Below the pieces are notes generated by a model, which saw only the letters and a program-made list of their open reading frames with translations, was not told the DNA's origin and did not search any database. A DNA stretch of 64,000 nucleotides from Podospora anserina (taxonomy: Eukaryota), in contig CM030338.1 of assembly GCA_017654855.1 (NCBI GenBank), positions 248,001-312,000 of the forward strand, given 5' to 3'. A program made the position numbers and the translations under genes. Positions 38,131-51,466 of the stretch are shown here, piece by piece; within the stretch, counting starts at the first letter, position 1; every line of letters begins with the position of its first letter.

Positions 38131-41100
38131 ATGGTCCGGTTAGAGCTCGCGACTGTGTTGCTGGCGGTGGCAGCCGCAGTGAATGCGGTACAGGTTGACA
38201 CGCCCGAAGTCCTGCCAGGTGCATACATTGTTGAGTATGAGAACGATCAGGTATGATACACCAACCAGTCCCGGATCTACGACACCAAGGCGTCCGTTGT
38301 ATAATGCTGCGCACAAGGCGGTTCATACAAGGCAACTGTGTGCCCTGCATTATGCAGATGACGTTCGTTGGCAGCATCATCTTCCTCGGCCAACTATCCG
38401 AGACATGTCGGGCCGCTTCCCTAGCTTCTGCTCTGACACTAACAAACTCATCTTCAGGATACCAATGCTTTTGTCCGCAAGTTTGGGGGGAGGGCGTCAC
38501 TTCGCAAAGACTTGCGCTTCAAACTGTTCAAGGGTGCGTCGATTCAGTTCAAGGACACCAAGAATGCCGAAGAAATGGCGGCCAAGGTGGCCAAGCTGCC
38601 CACCATCAAGCGAATCTTCCCTGTGCGACGGTACCCGATCCCACAGCACGATGTTCTTTCGACGGGCGACGATGCTGCTGCCCTCGTCAAGCGCCAGCTT
38701 GGCGGCAACGTCACCAACAGCTTCTCGCCGCACCTGATGACACAGGTAAACAAGTTCAAGGAGGCAGGAATCACAGGAAAGGGCATCAAGATTGCCGTTA
38801 TCGACACGGGTGTAAGTTGATATTCAGGGCCATTGGTTTGGTGGACGGACGGACAATGGTTCCGGCTAACATCGGGGTGCCCTAGATCGATTACACTCAC
38901 CCGGCTCTCGGGGGTTGCTTTGGTCCAGGCTGCTTGGTTTCCTACGGGGCTGATCTAGTGGGTGATGCGTTCAACGGTGCGAACCAGCCGAGACCAGACA
39001 ACGACCCCGTTGATAACTGCAATGGCCACGGCACACACGTTGCGGGTATTATTGCTGCTCAGTCAAATAATCCCTACGGTATCGTCGGGGCCGCCGAGGG
39101 CGTGCAGCTGGGCGCCTACCGTGTGTTTGGCTGCCAGGGCGATGTGGGCAATGACCTCTTGATTGCTGCGTACAACATGGCATATGAGGCTGGAAGCGAC
39201 ATCATCACAGCCTCTATTGGCGGTGCATCAGGCTGGAGCGAGGACCCTTGGGCTGCCGTCGTCTCACGAATTGTGGAGAACGGCGTGCCATGTGTTGTGT
39301 CGGCTGGAAATGATGGCGCTGCCGGAGTCTTTTATGCTTCGACCGCGGCCAACGGCAAGCAGGTGACTGCCATTGCATCTGTCGACAACGTCATCACGCC
39401 CGCGCTTCTTGCCAACGCGACCTACCAAATCGATTCCAAGAGCGAGTTCTTTGGCTTTACTGGCGGCGACCCGCAAAGCTGGAACAGTGTCAGCCTCCCA
39501 CTATGGACTGTTAACTACAACACGACAGATGAGGCTCACGGATGCGACCCTTATCCTGCCTCCACCCCCAATCTCTCTGGCTACATTGTGCTGATCCGTC
39601 GTGGCTCTTGCACCTTTGTGCAAAAGGTCGAGAATGCTGTTGCGAAGGGAGCCAGGTATGTCATATTTTACAACAACGTCCCAGGCACACTCAGCGTGAC
39701 AGCGCGAGTGCCGGGTCTGTCGGCTGTTGCTACCATTCCCTCCGGTACGGGCGAGCTGTGGGTGAAGGCATTGGAATCCGGGAAAAGAGTGCTGGTCAAC
39801 ATGGCCAACCCGTCCACGGCCCCCAAGTTCCTCGCCAACTTTGACAATCCGACAAGCGGTGGTTATCTCAGCAGTTTTACCAGCTGGGGTCCTACCTTTG
39901 AAGTGGAATCCAAGCCTCAATTCTCCACCCCTGGTGGCTACATTCTGTCAACCTACCCTCGTCTTCTCGGTTCATATGGCGTTCTTTCAGGCACCTCGAT
40001 GGCTTGCCCCTTGGCGGCGGCCATCTACGCCCTGGTCATGAACGTCCGCGGCACCAAGGACCCAAAGACGATTGAGAACTTGTTGTCATCTACAGCAAAA
40101 CCCAATCTGTTCCGCCGGGATGGTGTATCCTCCCCATATCTGGCTCCTGTTCCCCAGCAGGGTGCTGGCCTGGTGCAGGCATGGGATGCTGCCAAGGCTA
40201 CGACCCTACTCAGCACCTCTGGCCTTTCTTTCAACGATACAGATCACTTCAACCCTGTTCAAACATTCACCGTCTCCAACACGGGTTCGTCATCGGTCAC
40301 TTACTCTCTGAGCAATGTCGGTGCCGCTACTGCCTACACTTATAGCTCACCCGGCGCTCTCACGCCTGCTTCTCTCCCCAGTGTCGAGCTGACAGGTAAC
40401 TTTGCCTCCCTGGCGTTTACCCCTTCCACCTTCACCCTCGGAGCTGGCCAACGCAGGATCGTCACAGTCAAGGCGACGGCACCCACCGGCCTCGACGTGA
40501 AGCGGTTGCCCGTTTATTCTGGTTACATCGCCATCAACGGCTCCGACAGTTCGGCCCTTTCCCTCCCCTATCTCGGTGTTGCTGGCTCCCTTCACTCGGT
40601 TGTTGTCCTTAACAGCGACAACACCCTGCTTGCACGGGCCCGCGACAGCACCAACTCTCCTGTGGCGGCAAATCTGACCTTCACCTTGCCCCCACCTGGA
40701 CAATCCAACATCACAGCCGTCCGCAACCGCGCCGATATGCCCAAGCTCGTGGTGACACTGGCTATGGGTAGCGCCATGATCCGCGTCGACGTCGTGCCCC
40801 TGACCAACTGTTCGACAGCAGCGCAGAACGCCAAGGTCGTGTTTGGTACTCGCACTCTTGGCCAGCCAGAGGAGTTCCCCAGCTGGTACAACCCCCGCGG
40901 GACCTTGCAGTACGCCTGGGATGGCAGGCTCGCTGATGGAAGCTACGTTCCTGCGGGTAGGTACAAGCTCACGGTGAGAGCATTGAGGATATTTGGAGAT
41001 GAGTCCAAGTCCGAAGAATATGATGTCACGGAGACTGTGCCGTTCAGGATACGGTATCTTACTGAGGGCAAGACGCAAAAGAGGAAGAGGTTTGTCAAGG

Positions 41101-41186
41101 GGGAGAGGGCTCTATGGACGGTCGGGGTGGAGAGGAGGCAGACGCCGGAGCAGTGTGAGGCTGACGAGAGGACTCTCAAGCAGTGA
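38131..41186 (+). CDS. Secreted subtilisin-like S8 protease with PA and Fn3-like domains
   Basis: Signal peptide MVRLELATVLLAVAAAVNA; triad IAVIDTG, HGTHVAG, GTSMACP; PA motif LIRRGSCTF; VPQQGAGLV. Introns 38251-38457 and ~38812-38885. Confidence 0.95.
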
Positions 41187-44100
41187 GCTGGTCTGTTGGC
41201 ATGAAGGGAGGCTGGAGAAGAGAAAACCAAGGGATGTTTTAGCATGAGATTTTCTTTTTTTTCTTTCTTTCCCTTAGTTGGTCGGTCTTTCTATTTTGGG
41301 TTTTTTTTTTTGGATCATGGGATGTACTGAGCAAGCAAGCGTAGCGCTGACATGCGTGAAGCGTACATGTAGCAAAGCAAAGCAAATTGGTAACAAAGTA
41401 CTGGCTCATGTGATTTTGGCTCAATGTATCGTCATGAGTAAGGGAGAGGAAGAGACGGGGTAATGAGGGCTGGCTGGTGGGAGGCTACTGCAGGTATGGT
41501 TTGTTCTTATCTTCTTGTAATGACGGTAGTGTGTTTCATTCTTTTTCAGCTCTCTCTCATGGTGTGATCTATCGTTTTTTGTTCTTCTCCCTTAAGCCCG
41601 GCTCCACGATTGCCAAGTTCTCATGATGTTGCTTTTTGGTCAAGGTGTGTGAGGTGGCCTGCATTTTCAGCTCTTGGGGCTGGCGTCCCATTTCCGCCCT
41701 GGATTTGAGGTCCGAACATCCGAAGCCGAACACACGCCTGAGCATCCCTTGATCTTGCCGTCGGATTTGTTGACTTTTCATGGATGGCAGGTACCAAAGT
41801 TATTTTCGGAGAGTCAGTGGAGATGATTTTGATTTCTTGGAAAGTCTTGGTGCCTTTTTCAAAAAAAATTTCGTCGTTTTTACTTTTTTGAAGAAAAGAG
41901 CGTTGCATGTGATTGATGTCTGGCTCGGTTGTGTCATTGGGTCGCTTGAAATCACGAACTATTGGACGGGTGCAGTGTTGAGTTTTTTGATGGCGGTTTC
42001 GTTACCAGCAAAACACAGGTCGGTAGCGAGAACAGACGGACCAAAACACTTGAAGAAGGGTCATGAGGTTCCCCCCCCTCCGCAAGGGACTAGTTCTCGT
42101 GGAGGTGTTGCTATTTTGAGAGCGAGTGTAACCGCAACCCAACCCAACCCATCAGTCTCGGTTCAGTTTACCTGCCTACCTAGGTACTTGGACAAAAACA
42201 TGGTGGCTTATGTGTCATGTGAAAGCGTGACATGGTGACAACCCGGGTCTTGGTGTCGTGCTGGATGTCCGTCACCGGTGTATTGCTTTTTGGTTGGTGA
42301 CATCGCCGACACATGGAGTGGTATGGCAGGAAGGCTGACAGGAAGGACACACTCCCGTTACCAACGGTTATGTGTGTGATTAGAGAGACAATTGATGCTC
42401 AAGGGGCCAATACGAGGCATGAGTTTGTCATGACGTACACAAGAACAGAATCAAGTTTTGAATTCTGAAGACTGTCTCTTACTACTGGGTTAGGGATACA
42501 AGACAAGACATTCTAGTCAGCGGGTATCTGTTAATGCCGTGATACCCGAGCCGTGAATAACCTAACTATGAGGGTAGTTGAGTAGGGCGGGATGCATGAA
42601 ATTTCCGGCTGTGTGAGATAGCTGTGTATGTGATTCGACACCTCTGTCACCAATGACCGTAGGTGTATGGCGTAAAAGCCCCGAAGAGCTGGATAATCTA
42701 TGCACACAGCAAATGATCGACAGGTACCCGTCATAAATCAGGCAGGCAATCTGGGATTGGTTATGGTCCCAAGCCCTTGGTACGGCACCCAAACGAGGGA
42801 CGGATATGTAAGGGAAAGAAAGGTTGTGACAAAGTTCCTTTTTTTTCTTTTTGAGAAGCAATTCGAGTACGAGCAAGCCACGAGGACGAGCAGCTTTCTC
42901 ATTCGAGGTGTACCAAGGTTTTGTATACTACTTCAAACCCGTTGCCTCAATACTATGCAAACGCTCGGAGGACATGTCTCGCATTTGTGAATCACTTCAA
43001 CCTCACTCTGTCGCCGGCAACCAGATTCCCGGCCTTCCGGGCAAAGAAGCAAGACTCAGACACGCATCCTGCAATTTGCTTCCTCGTGTTTTTGCTGCAC
43101 GCATAGACCCCCAAAAGAGCGAAATTGGAAATGGCAAACGACTGAAAATGCAGAGAGAGATGAGTGGCCGACATCAAGAAACAGAAGCGGGAGGTCAGTT
43201 CAGGAAGTCGAGGGGATGATCGTGAGCCCAACGCGATGTTTGTTGCTTTTGAAAGCGGTGTATCACCGCTAGCATCGACGCCGTTGAATTTCTCTTCAGC
43301 AAAGGCGAAACGATTGTCAAATGAAATGTTGGTGAACGGGCGGTATGGATCTCGCGCAACAAAACTAAGGATCGCGGACCACAGGAGTCCAGCTCACGCG
43401 ACTTCAGGGTCTCCCACCGCCGTTGTTGTAACACCACAACTCCACCAGCCACTCCCTATCTCAACGGTGTTGGGCGCCTCCAGAGCCTCTTGGCCACACT
43501 TGCCAGCGCCGTTTTCTTTTTGTGTGGCTTGAGCCTAGTCGGGGACCTGGTTGTCGATCGTGATACCCCTGGCAGGCCTGCAAGATGCGGTCTAATGCGA
43601 TTTAATGACATCAAAAGGGGGTTGGCAGGATTGCTTTCGGGTTTGAACAGTGGCATTGTGGTAACTTGACGCTCAGCCGTTGCAGAAGAACAAATATTGC
43701 CTTTTCCCCGAGTCATCCAATCTGTATGCGTAGGTAAAAGAGATTCACAACAAAACTGGCAGTTTGACGTGCCAAGAGACAGGCTGCCCTTGTCCAGTTT
43801 AGCTCCCGCAAGAGCATCGAGCAAAGATCGACGCCACCCCGTTTGCTGTCAGGGTAGAGACGCTTCGGTCTGGACTGAAGTTAGCCAGGACTAGGGTTAT
43901 GTGGGGGTTTATCTCTTGGGATGAACATCATGATGGATTTGCAGTAAGGTGCCGATAGGGGAAATATCTCATACCTGGAATGATCAAGTAAATGGGGGGC
44001 TTCCAAGACGATAACTTTGCAGCAGCAGCTGACTGCCATGCTTGATGGTGCGACAACGCCTGCCCTCATCCAGTAAAAAAAAGAAGAAATGATGAGGCTC

Positions 44101-44349
44101 GATATCAAGCAGTGCAGATGCGGGCAAAACACCACGCTCTCGGCCCTGCATCCAGTGTCCACATCCAGAGATAGGGCTGGCGATCTCCCAGCGGGTCCGG
44201 CAGCTTGGCGCGGACTATTGAGATCGACGACGACAAACTCCAGAAGACGAGTGTCCAGGTTTGTAAGTGCCTGTCTTGGAAGAAATCGCTGTGCTCATCT
44301 CCGTCAAGAACGGCATCATCCGGGTCAGGTTTGATTGTCACGAGACAGG

Positions 44350-44357
44350 TATATAAA
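44350..44357 (+). promoter_or_regulatory. TATA box
   Basis: TATATAAA about 220 bp upstream of ATG 44570, followed by a CT-rich tract. Confidence 0.65.
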
Positions 44358-44569
44358 TCTCATGATGCCCTCGAGTAGAGACACATTCTCTTTTCTCATC
44401 CTCATCATCTTCACCCTCACCGCCGCCCTTCCCAACTAGTATTCCCCCTAATCAATAATATCCAACTCCAGTCGCTCTTTCGAGACTCTCCCATCCCTTA
44501 GTATTGCCTTAATATCATCTTTAATCACCACCACCACCAGCACCATCCACAAAACACCAAACAATCAAG

Positions 44570-45928
44570 ATGAAGTTTCTCAACGCCGCCATCGCCGCCG
44601 CCAGCTTCGGGTCCGTCCTCGCTGCGCCCGCCATTGACGCCCGCCATGACAAGCCTACTGCCACGGTGACTGTCCCAGCTGATTGCCCATGCAACACTGG
44701 CTCTCCTGCCGGCAGCAGCAGCATCAGCCTCCTCACCAACCTTCCCTCGGTTTCTGTCCCGGTCAACATCATCCCCTCGACCTCTTGCACAGATGATGCC
44801 GCTTCTTCAACAGGCGCTCCAGGCACTCCCGGCACTCCCAACATCCCCGGCATTCCCAATGTTCCCGGCACCCCCAATGTCCCGGGTGTACCCAATGTTC
44901 CCGGCACTCCTGCTGTTCCCGGTACCCCCAACGTTCCCATCGTTGATGTCGATGTCGACGTTCCAGGCACACCAGGCACACCAGGCACACCAAACACCCC
45001 AGACATCCCAGGTGACGACAGTGGCGATGACGACGACAACGACGACGACAGCAGTGACAGCGACAGCGATGATGAGGACAACAACAGTACTCCCATCGTC
45101 GATGTTGATGTAGACATTGATGTTCCTGGCACCCCTGGCACACCTGCTATCCCCACCACTTCTGGCAACCCTACCATCGACCTTGACGTTGTCGCTAGCC
45201 CCATCGTGGACCTCGATGTTGAGATCCCTATTCCTGCCATTACTGCTGATGTCGATGTTAACGTTGTCATTGCCGACCTCGTTGCCATCATCGTCCAGAT
45301 TGAGGCTCAGGTCCAGACCGATATCCAGCTCATTCGTAAGACTCCCCGTTTTCATCATGATCAAGACGTATATGTTGCTAACATCACGGCCTAGTTGACA
45401 TTATCGGCGCCGTCGACATTGATGTTGATGCTCTCATTGCCGTCCTCATCGACCTCCAGGCCCAGATTGACCTCCTCGTTGGCGACATCACCCCCACTCT
45501 CAACGCTCTCCTCCTCAACGTTGACCTCCTTGTTGACCTCAACCTCGCTGTCGTCCTCGACCTCGTTGCCGATGTCCAGGCTCTCCTTGGCGAGATTGAA
45601 GTTACCGTCCAGGGTCTCCTTGCCCTCGATGCTGGTACGTCTTGCCGCCTCAGTAGCTGCCCCCACAACTCAGATAGAGATGCTAACATGCCAATCAGAC
45701 ATCCTCCTCGTCATCTCCGCCAACCTCGAGGTTATCCTCGGCCTCGTTGTCGACATCTCTGTCCCCATTGTTGACGTTGTCGTTGACATCGTTGCCAACG
45801 TCGGTGCCTCTGTTGGTGCCGTTGTTGCCGGCGTTGTTGCCGACATCCAGGTCGTCCTCGATGCCATCGTCGACCTCACTGCCCTCCTCCGGGTGGACCT
45901 TGGCACCATCGTTGCGCTCCGCAAGTAA
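44570..45928 (+). CDS. Secreted acidic Pro/Gly/Thr- and Val/Asp-rich repeat protein (~411 aa)
   Basis: Signal peptide MKFLNAAIAAASFGSVLA. Canonical introns 45336-45394 and 45635-45698 give one continuous frame. Strong codon bias. Confidence 0.88.
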
Positions 45929-46770
45929 ATTGCAATTCTGAGCTTGCTGATGAAGGAACAACGGTGTTGTTGGTCATGAGACATGCATATGACTAAAAGG
46001 GATTGGGTTAATTCCCGGCTGCTAGAGTAGAAGCTGGGTTGCGAGCAGGAGTTGGTTTTCAGCTGTTCCTTGTCAGGGTCTTTTCTTTTTTTGTCGATAG
46101 TTTGTGCTTTTGTATACTTAGATTGTAATTTTGATTGTCTTGTGTGTTTTGCCAGAACTAGTTCCTTGTTCTCTTCGTGCTTTGTGAACAGTCAACCAAC
46201 CCAACTCAGGGGCATCGGCATTTGTCAGTCCCGCAATGACATCAGAGCCACCTTGAGGTTGGTGAAGCGCGAGGCTTGCATCCGTCAAAGTTTGTCTACA
46301 CTTTGGACGAGTCGGTCAGTTTCGGCGCCGGCGCTAGAGATTCGCAAAAACCACCCACCAAACAAATCACACCTGTTCAGGTGCTGGATGGAAAAATAAG
46401 GAAGGAACGATGCGAGGGTTTCCAGGGGGCCAGACTCATCTTCACATGCTTCGGGAACTTGACCATCGCGGCTGATGGCCCCCCAAAAAGGTCTGGCCCC
46501 GTCAGAAATAAGTTAGTGTTTTCATCCTCCCCATCACCCCTTTGCCGGCTGGCTGAACATCAGTTGCCTGGCAAATATCCCAGGCTGTCACGACTCAACG
46601 CTTCCCTTCGGTTTCATTGGCCTCTTTTCGAGTCGCGGGTGTCCCCTTTTCCTTCTCCGTTATGAAGCTGGTACCCCAGCATCAACTGGCCGCGGCCACC
46701 CATTCATTGTCACCCATTATCCTCCATGTTGTTCCCTTGACTGGGAGCACGACATTGACAGCCGCGGATT

Positions 46771-48462
46771 ATGGCTGATACTATCGAGCCCGTGGCTCGC
46801 CCACCGCCACCACCCAACTTCAACACACTTGCTGAGATTCAGCAAGAGGCAGAGTCACCAACACCGGCACCTTTCATCCGCCTGATACAATCTCCTGTTC
46901 CCCAAAGCGGCGACATACCAGCCGCCACCTTCAGAGTACCTCGTGCAACACTCCTCCGACCGAGCAAAGATCCAGCCCGCAAAATCCATCCAGTTTTTGA
47001 AGCAAAACTCAGAAACAACATGCTGCCCGCTTTGGGCTTTATCGAGCTGGCCAACGCAGGCGACGTCGCCGCCAACGTGTACAACTCGACACCAATACCT
47101 ATTACCATTGTGATCTGCATGATTGCTGGTGGTACCGCCTGCTTCAGCCTGCTCTTCTTCCTCATATACGACGCGACTCGAAGCTGGAAAAACATCTGTG
47201 GACTCAGGGTTGAAAGGTGGTTTCTGCAAGACCTACAAAAGGCCGAGGACGAGCAGCAAGACTTGGAAAAGAGAAGTGCCGGCGCAGGCATTGCCCGTTC
47301 ATTCTCTGGCTCCCATACCAGTGGTTCGAGCAAAGAAAAAAGAGCTGATGACGCTGCAAGGAACTGGGGCAGAACCCTGGCTTGCTTTCTCCATATTAAC
47401 AACCAGGACCTCCGTTCTGAAATTGTCTACCGCTTCGGCATGGACATTGTCATCGGCGTCGGTATACTGTTGGTCAGTGCTGGCACCTGGATGGCCACCC
47501 GGGGCGAAGACCCCTATCTTTTTGATCTCTCTAACCTCCTCACTGGCTTCCTCGGCAACTCCCCACTCGCCTTTTACGCAGTCATCAACATGCTCTGGGC
47601 AGTCTACCTCGACAATGACCAACGCAAGAAAACACGCATGGTCGCCTCGTCTCTCTATTCCGACTTTCCCCCAGGACGTTCCTATGTAGGCGACCGCCTC
47701 GAACACATGGTCTCCACCAGAGCCAACTACCTGCGCATCCACTTCCTGCTCAACGGGCTACCCGGTCTGATAGCAGGCGCCATGTCCCTCGCTGCGGCGA
47801 CGCAGTGGTGGGCTTATGTAGTGCTGATCCCTTGCATCGTCAACTCGGTCATGGCCAACCGGCTGTGGCGGCACAAGATCGGCTATGACCGGCCGTTCTT
47901 GACCAACATCGATCTAAAACCCCTCAGCCGGGACGAGCTGCTTGAATCCCTACTCTTGGTGGATAGCCGTCGGCAGAATTTGGCCGCGACGAGGTGGGCG
48001 GCGATCACGATGCCGTTTTGTCCGTTACTGCAGTACATTGTTCAGTTCAACCTCTTTGAGCAGTTTTGTCTCCGACTGCTGTCAAAGAACCCCGACATGA
48101 CCAGACGTTACTTCCAGGGTGATGTCGAAAATGAGCTGGGCGGGGGTACGACAACGGTGACGATTGACGCGTACCAAGTGTTGAAACTGGCTGAACTCGA
48201 GCCATGTACAAGAGATGTGGTCACCCAGGCCGCGAGGGACACGATCTGGTTTGATGCGAAACGTGGATTGGAGTCGAGGGAGAGGTGGCTGATTGAGATT
48301 CTGGAGGTGTACCTCGTGCTGGGGGCGGTTGAAAATGATGGAGGCCGTGATACGCGGCCTTCAACATCGTCGTTTACAGAGAAGAAGTCGGGGTCTGTCA
48401 ACTCGCTGTCTGAACAGGAAGACGTCAATGAGAAGCTTGAGATCAGTTTCAGCAGAGAGTAA
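46771..48462 (+). CDS. Conserved fungal integral membrane protein of unknown function
   Basis: 563-aa intronless ORF with LGFIELANAGDVAANVYN, LLTGFLGN and WRHKIGYDR motifs and several TM segments. Confidence 0.85.
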   Translation: MADTIEPVARPPPPPNFNTLAEIQQEAESPTPAPFIRLIQSPVPQSGDIPAATFRVPRATLLRPSKDPARKIHPVFEAKLRNNMLPALGFIELANAGDVAANVYNSTPIPITIVICMIAGGTACFSLLFFLIYDATRSWKNICGLRVERWFLQDLQKAEDEQQDLEKRSAGAGIARSFSGSHTSGSSKEKRADDAARNWGRTLACFLHINNQDLRSEIVYRFGMDIVIGVGILLVSAGTWMATRGEDPYLFDLSNLLTGFLGNSPLAFYAVINMLWAVYLDNDQRKKTRMVASSLYSDFPPGRSYVGDRLEHMVSTRANYLRIHFLLNGLPGLIAGAMSLAAATQWWAYVVLIPCIVNSVMANRLWRHKIGYDRPFLTNIDLKPLSRDELLESLLLVDSRRQNLAATRWAAITMPFCPLLQYIVQFNLFEQFCLRLLSKNPDMTRRYFQGDVENELGGGTTTVTIDAYQVLKLAELEPCTRDVVTQAARDTIWFDAKRGLESRERWLIEILEVYLVLGAVENDGGRDTRPSTSSFTEKKSGSVNSLSEQEDVNEKLEISFSRE

Positions 48463-48695
48463 TGGAATACGAAACCGAACAAACACATGCTACGAATTCC
48501 TACAAGAGGTTATGTCAGTCGGCGTATTCCAGCGTATCTGTTGCTTACGGTCCTGGTGTGGGTGGAATCTAGTCTCACACAATTCGGAACACGCCGGTCT
48601 CGATGTTGGTAAAGGCAACGCAGCTTCCCGTTTCTCGTTCGTATTTTCCCGCTACATCTCCCACGGTTCACCAAGCCATTGCACAACCCCCGCCC

Positions 48696-49380
48696 TCAGA
48701 GCTCCTTCTTCTCGGACCCATTCTTCACCACCTCGCTGTACGTTGGCTCGTCTTCAGTCTCAGCACCAGCAAGCCCATCAATGATCTCCTTCCCAAACCC
48801 ATAGATAAACTGCGTCGCCGGAAAAACAAGCCACAGCCCACTGCCAGTTTCGTTAGTATACACACCCTCAATTTCCAGCCACCAGCCACAAACACAAAAA
48901 GCAAACTTACTTCGGCACCACCCAAAGAACCACCAGCCTAAAGAGATCGTTCTGCCCAATGTTCTCATACCCCGAACAAATCTCATTCAGCCAATACAGC
49001 ACAGTCTTGCTCTCGGTCATAACCCCGGCCGCAAAACCAGTCAACACCGCCGCCGCCGCCCTCTTTCCCCTAATCTCCCCAGTAACCTGATCTTTACTCG
49101 TCCACCAAATCCAAGCATACACGAGGTACATGGCCGTCTCGATGGCGTTCATCCAGCTCTGTGCAGCCGGGAACCCAGACCCGGCGTGCCACTGCTTCCA
49201 GCCGTAGTTGCCGTCCACCTCGCCGTAGAGCGCGTAGGGTACCCAGAAGGGCGAGTGTATGGACCCGCCAGGCATTGTGTGAGGCCGGAATATGACATAA
49301 AAAAAGTCCCAGGTCACGGCGGGGAGGGAGAAAGCGAGCCACAAGAGGGTCAGCTGGGTTGGGGTGTGGGTAAATGTCAT
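48696..49380 (-). CDS. Multi-pass membrane protein, EXPERA/EBP-like
   Basis: WDFFYVIFRPHTMPGG, WVPYALYGEVD, GFPAAQSWMNAIE, SKTVLYW, WVVPN|GLWLVFP. Intron 48841-48910. Confidence 0.8.
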
Positions 49381-50004
49381 TTTTTGCAGTTGTTGGTATG
49401 CAATATTGTATCTCCGTGGGGGCGATTGAGGATTGACAACGAGGACAACAATGTTGATGAGAATAAATATTAAAGGGTGAAGATGAAACAACAGCAAGAG
49501 GGAGTGGACATGCCAGCTTACTTAGCCCATCTCATCTGTTCCGCTTCCATGACATCGGATGACTTGCGTTGCCGTGATGTGTGAAGGATGAACATGCCGA
49601 AAATGAGGGGCTGTCCAATCAGCAGCCAGTCTTGTTGGTCAACAGGCACGTCCGTGACCAAAAGAGCCCAGACAAGACATCGATAATATGGACCTTGTGA
49701 TGCTATTGGTCCGCCAAGAATGTAACTCAACCTCGTCTTTTTGAGCACGGGGGTGGGATTGGCTGATGTCACAGACGGCCCTGGTTCAAAAGTTCCCGAG
49801 GCCAAGAGAACATCTTTAATTGACTGATCGTGGAGATGGTTGCGCATCCCAACATGTCATAATCGTCCACCCTTCCAACAAGATATGTATGATAGCAACT
49901 TCCAACCCGGGTGATATCAATACTCGATTCCTTCCTCACGCCCGCCCTTCGAGATCCTAACCATGCCCGCCAAACCTTGCTAGCAGTGGCCCAAAACCTC
50001 GAAC

Positions 50005-50617
50005 TCAGAGCGCCAAAGCCAGGAGAAAGCCAACCGCCATTGCCTGGAGGCTTCTAGACACAGGGTCAGCAAATTTGCTCAAGCCATAGGGATATGGGCA
50101 CATACCGGCCAAAAAGCCCATTCGTGTCAGCAGCTTGATTTGTCGAATTGGTCGTCGTGGGGGCAGACTGGGTAGCTGTTGATACCTCTGGAGAGCCTGT
50201 GCCTGTTGCAGCCGACGATGTCGCAGAATCTTGAGAGGTGGCAGACAAAGTCAAGTTCGAGTTGGCCGTAGGAGCGGTCAAGTTGGATACCACGCTCGTG
50301 ATGTTGGCAAGGATAGAGCTTGTGAGTTCCGACAGTTGGGACGCGTCAATGGGTGGCAAGGTGACCTCCAAATCGCCAAGGCTGTTCCCGGGCGTGAAGG
50401 TGACGGTGGCCTGAGGTGGCTTCTGCTGGTTGCTGTACACTGTGACGGTGCTGAGGCCGACAGTGGTGAGCTGAGCCAGCTGCTGGGTCCCGTTGGTCAA
50501 CCCGTTGCCAACGATCACGGTGGCTGTTGTCGCAGCCACAGTGACGAGGGACACGTTGTCGGCCCTGGCGAGAGCGGCGGCGAGCAGGGCTCCGTGAAGA
50601 AGCATTGTCGGGAACAT
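50005..50617 (-). CDS. Ser/Thr-rich GPI-anchored cell-surface glycoprotein
   Basis: Signal peptide, many N-x-S/T sites; intron 50054-50105 leads to the hydrophobic tail SLQAMAVGFLLALAL*. Confidence 0.82.
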
Positions 50618-51466
50618 CTTGAGAGGGCCGATGGTGAGAAGGCCGTGATGCGTATTTGTCGGCCGAAGGACGAGGCAGATGGGATACTAGCTGAATCGGA
50701 ATGTTGAGAGACAGGTTGGAATAGCGGCTCGATGTATTCATTTGGTTGTGGAGAGGAATCTTGCAACACGGGGGAGAAGACAGGACCGGGGAGAAAGCCT
50801 TCCACATTCAGCTTCCCAACCAAATTCCGCCCAAGTCACCTGGATGCAGGACCGCAGAGTGGGAGGCACCTTCCTCATCAAAGGCAACTGAAGGCAGCAG
50901 CCTGGCAATGGCATCATCCGCCCTGTTTCCAGCTGCGCCCAAGTACCTAACAAACCAAAGGGAAGCTCCGAACCCCGTCCATGATCACTCTGCGGACTGG
51001 CTGTGGCAGAAGAGAGAGAACATGATGGCCTTGTGCTTGTTTGACGACAGGGACGACAAGTGGACGACCACATTTGGATATTCCCCGCGAACAGGAGGAG
51101 GTCGTGGGTGACCGCAGGCTCCTTCCTGAACACACCGTGGGGCTCGGGGGTCGGTGACGGGAGTTGGTGGAGTCTTGTCGAATTTGTACGAGCATGTTCA
51201 GTCGAGACTTCCTGACTGGCCAGCTCAGGTGCCAGTGGCGGGCCTGAATAGTGGAAGTTGCTTGCTTGATGCTGTGGCAGGAGCGTTGGGCGATATGTAG
51301 GTAGGTACCTTAACTCTGAGCAATTCTCAGCTGCATAAATGAGAGCAGAACCACGGCACTGTGAGATAAACTTGAACAGGAAATTGGTATCATGATGTAC
51401 AAAAATGCTCGGTGTATACAAAATGTAACTGACATGGCCTATCAACCGCCCCTTGACTATACCTCT

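Noticed and set aside
44815-45140. Short spaced repeats (CCCGGCAC...) as a CRISPR-like array
   Set aside because: They are coding PGT/PNV repeats in a eukaryotic gene, without constant repeat-spacer geometry.
45921-45955. Possible GC-AG intron (GCAAGT...GCTGAT...AAG) extending the acidic protein
   Set aside because: About 35 nt is shorter than any other intron here, and the downstream sequence loses the gene's composition.
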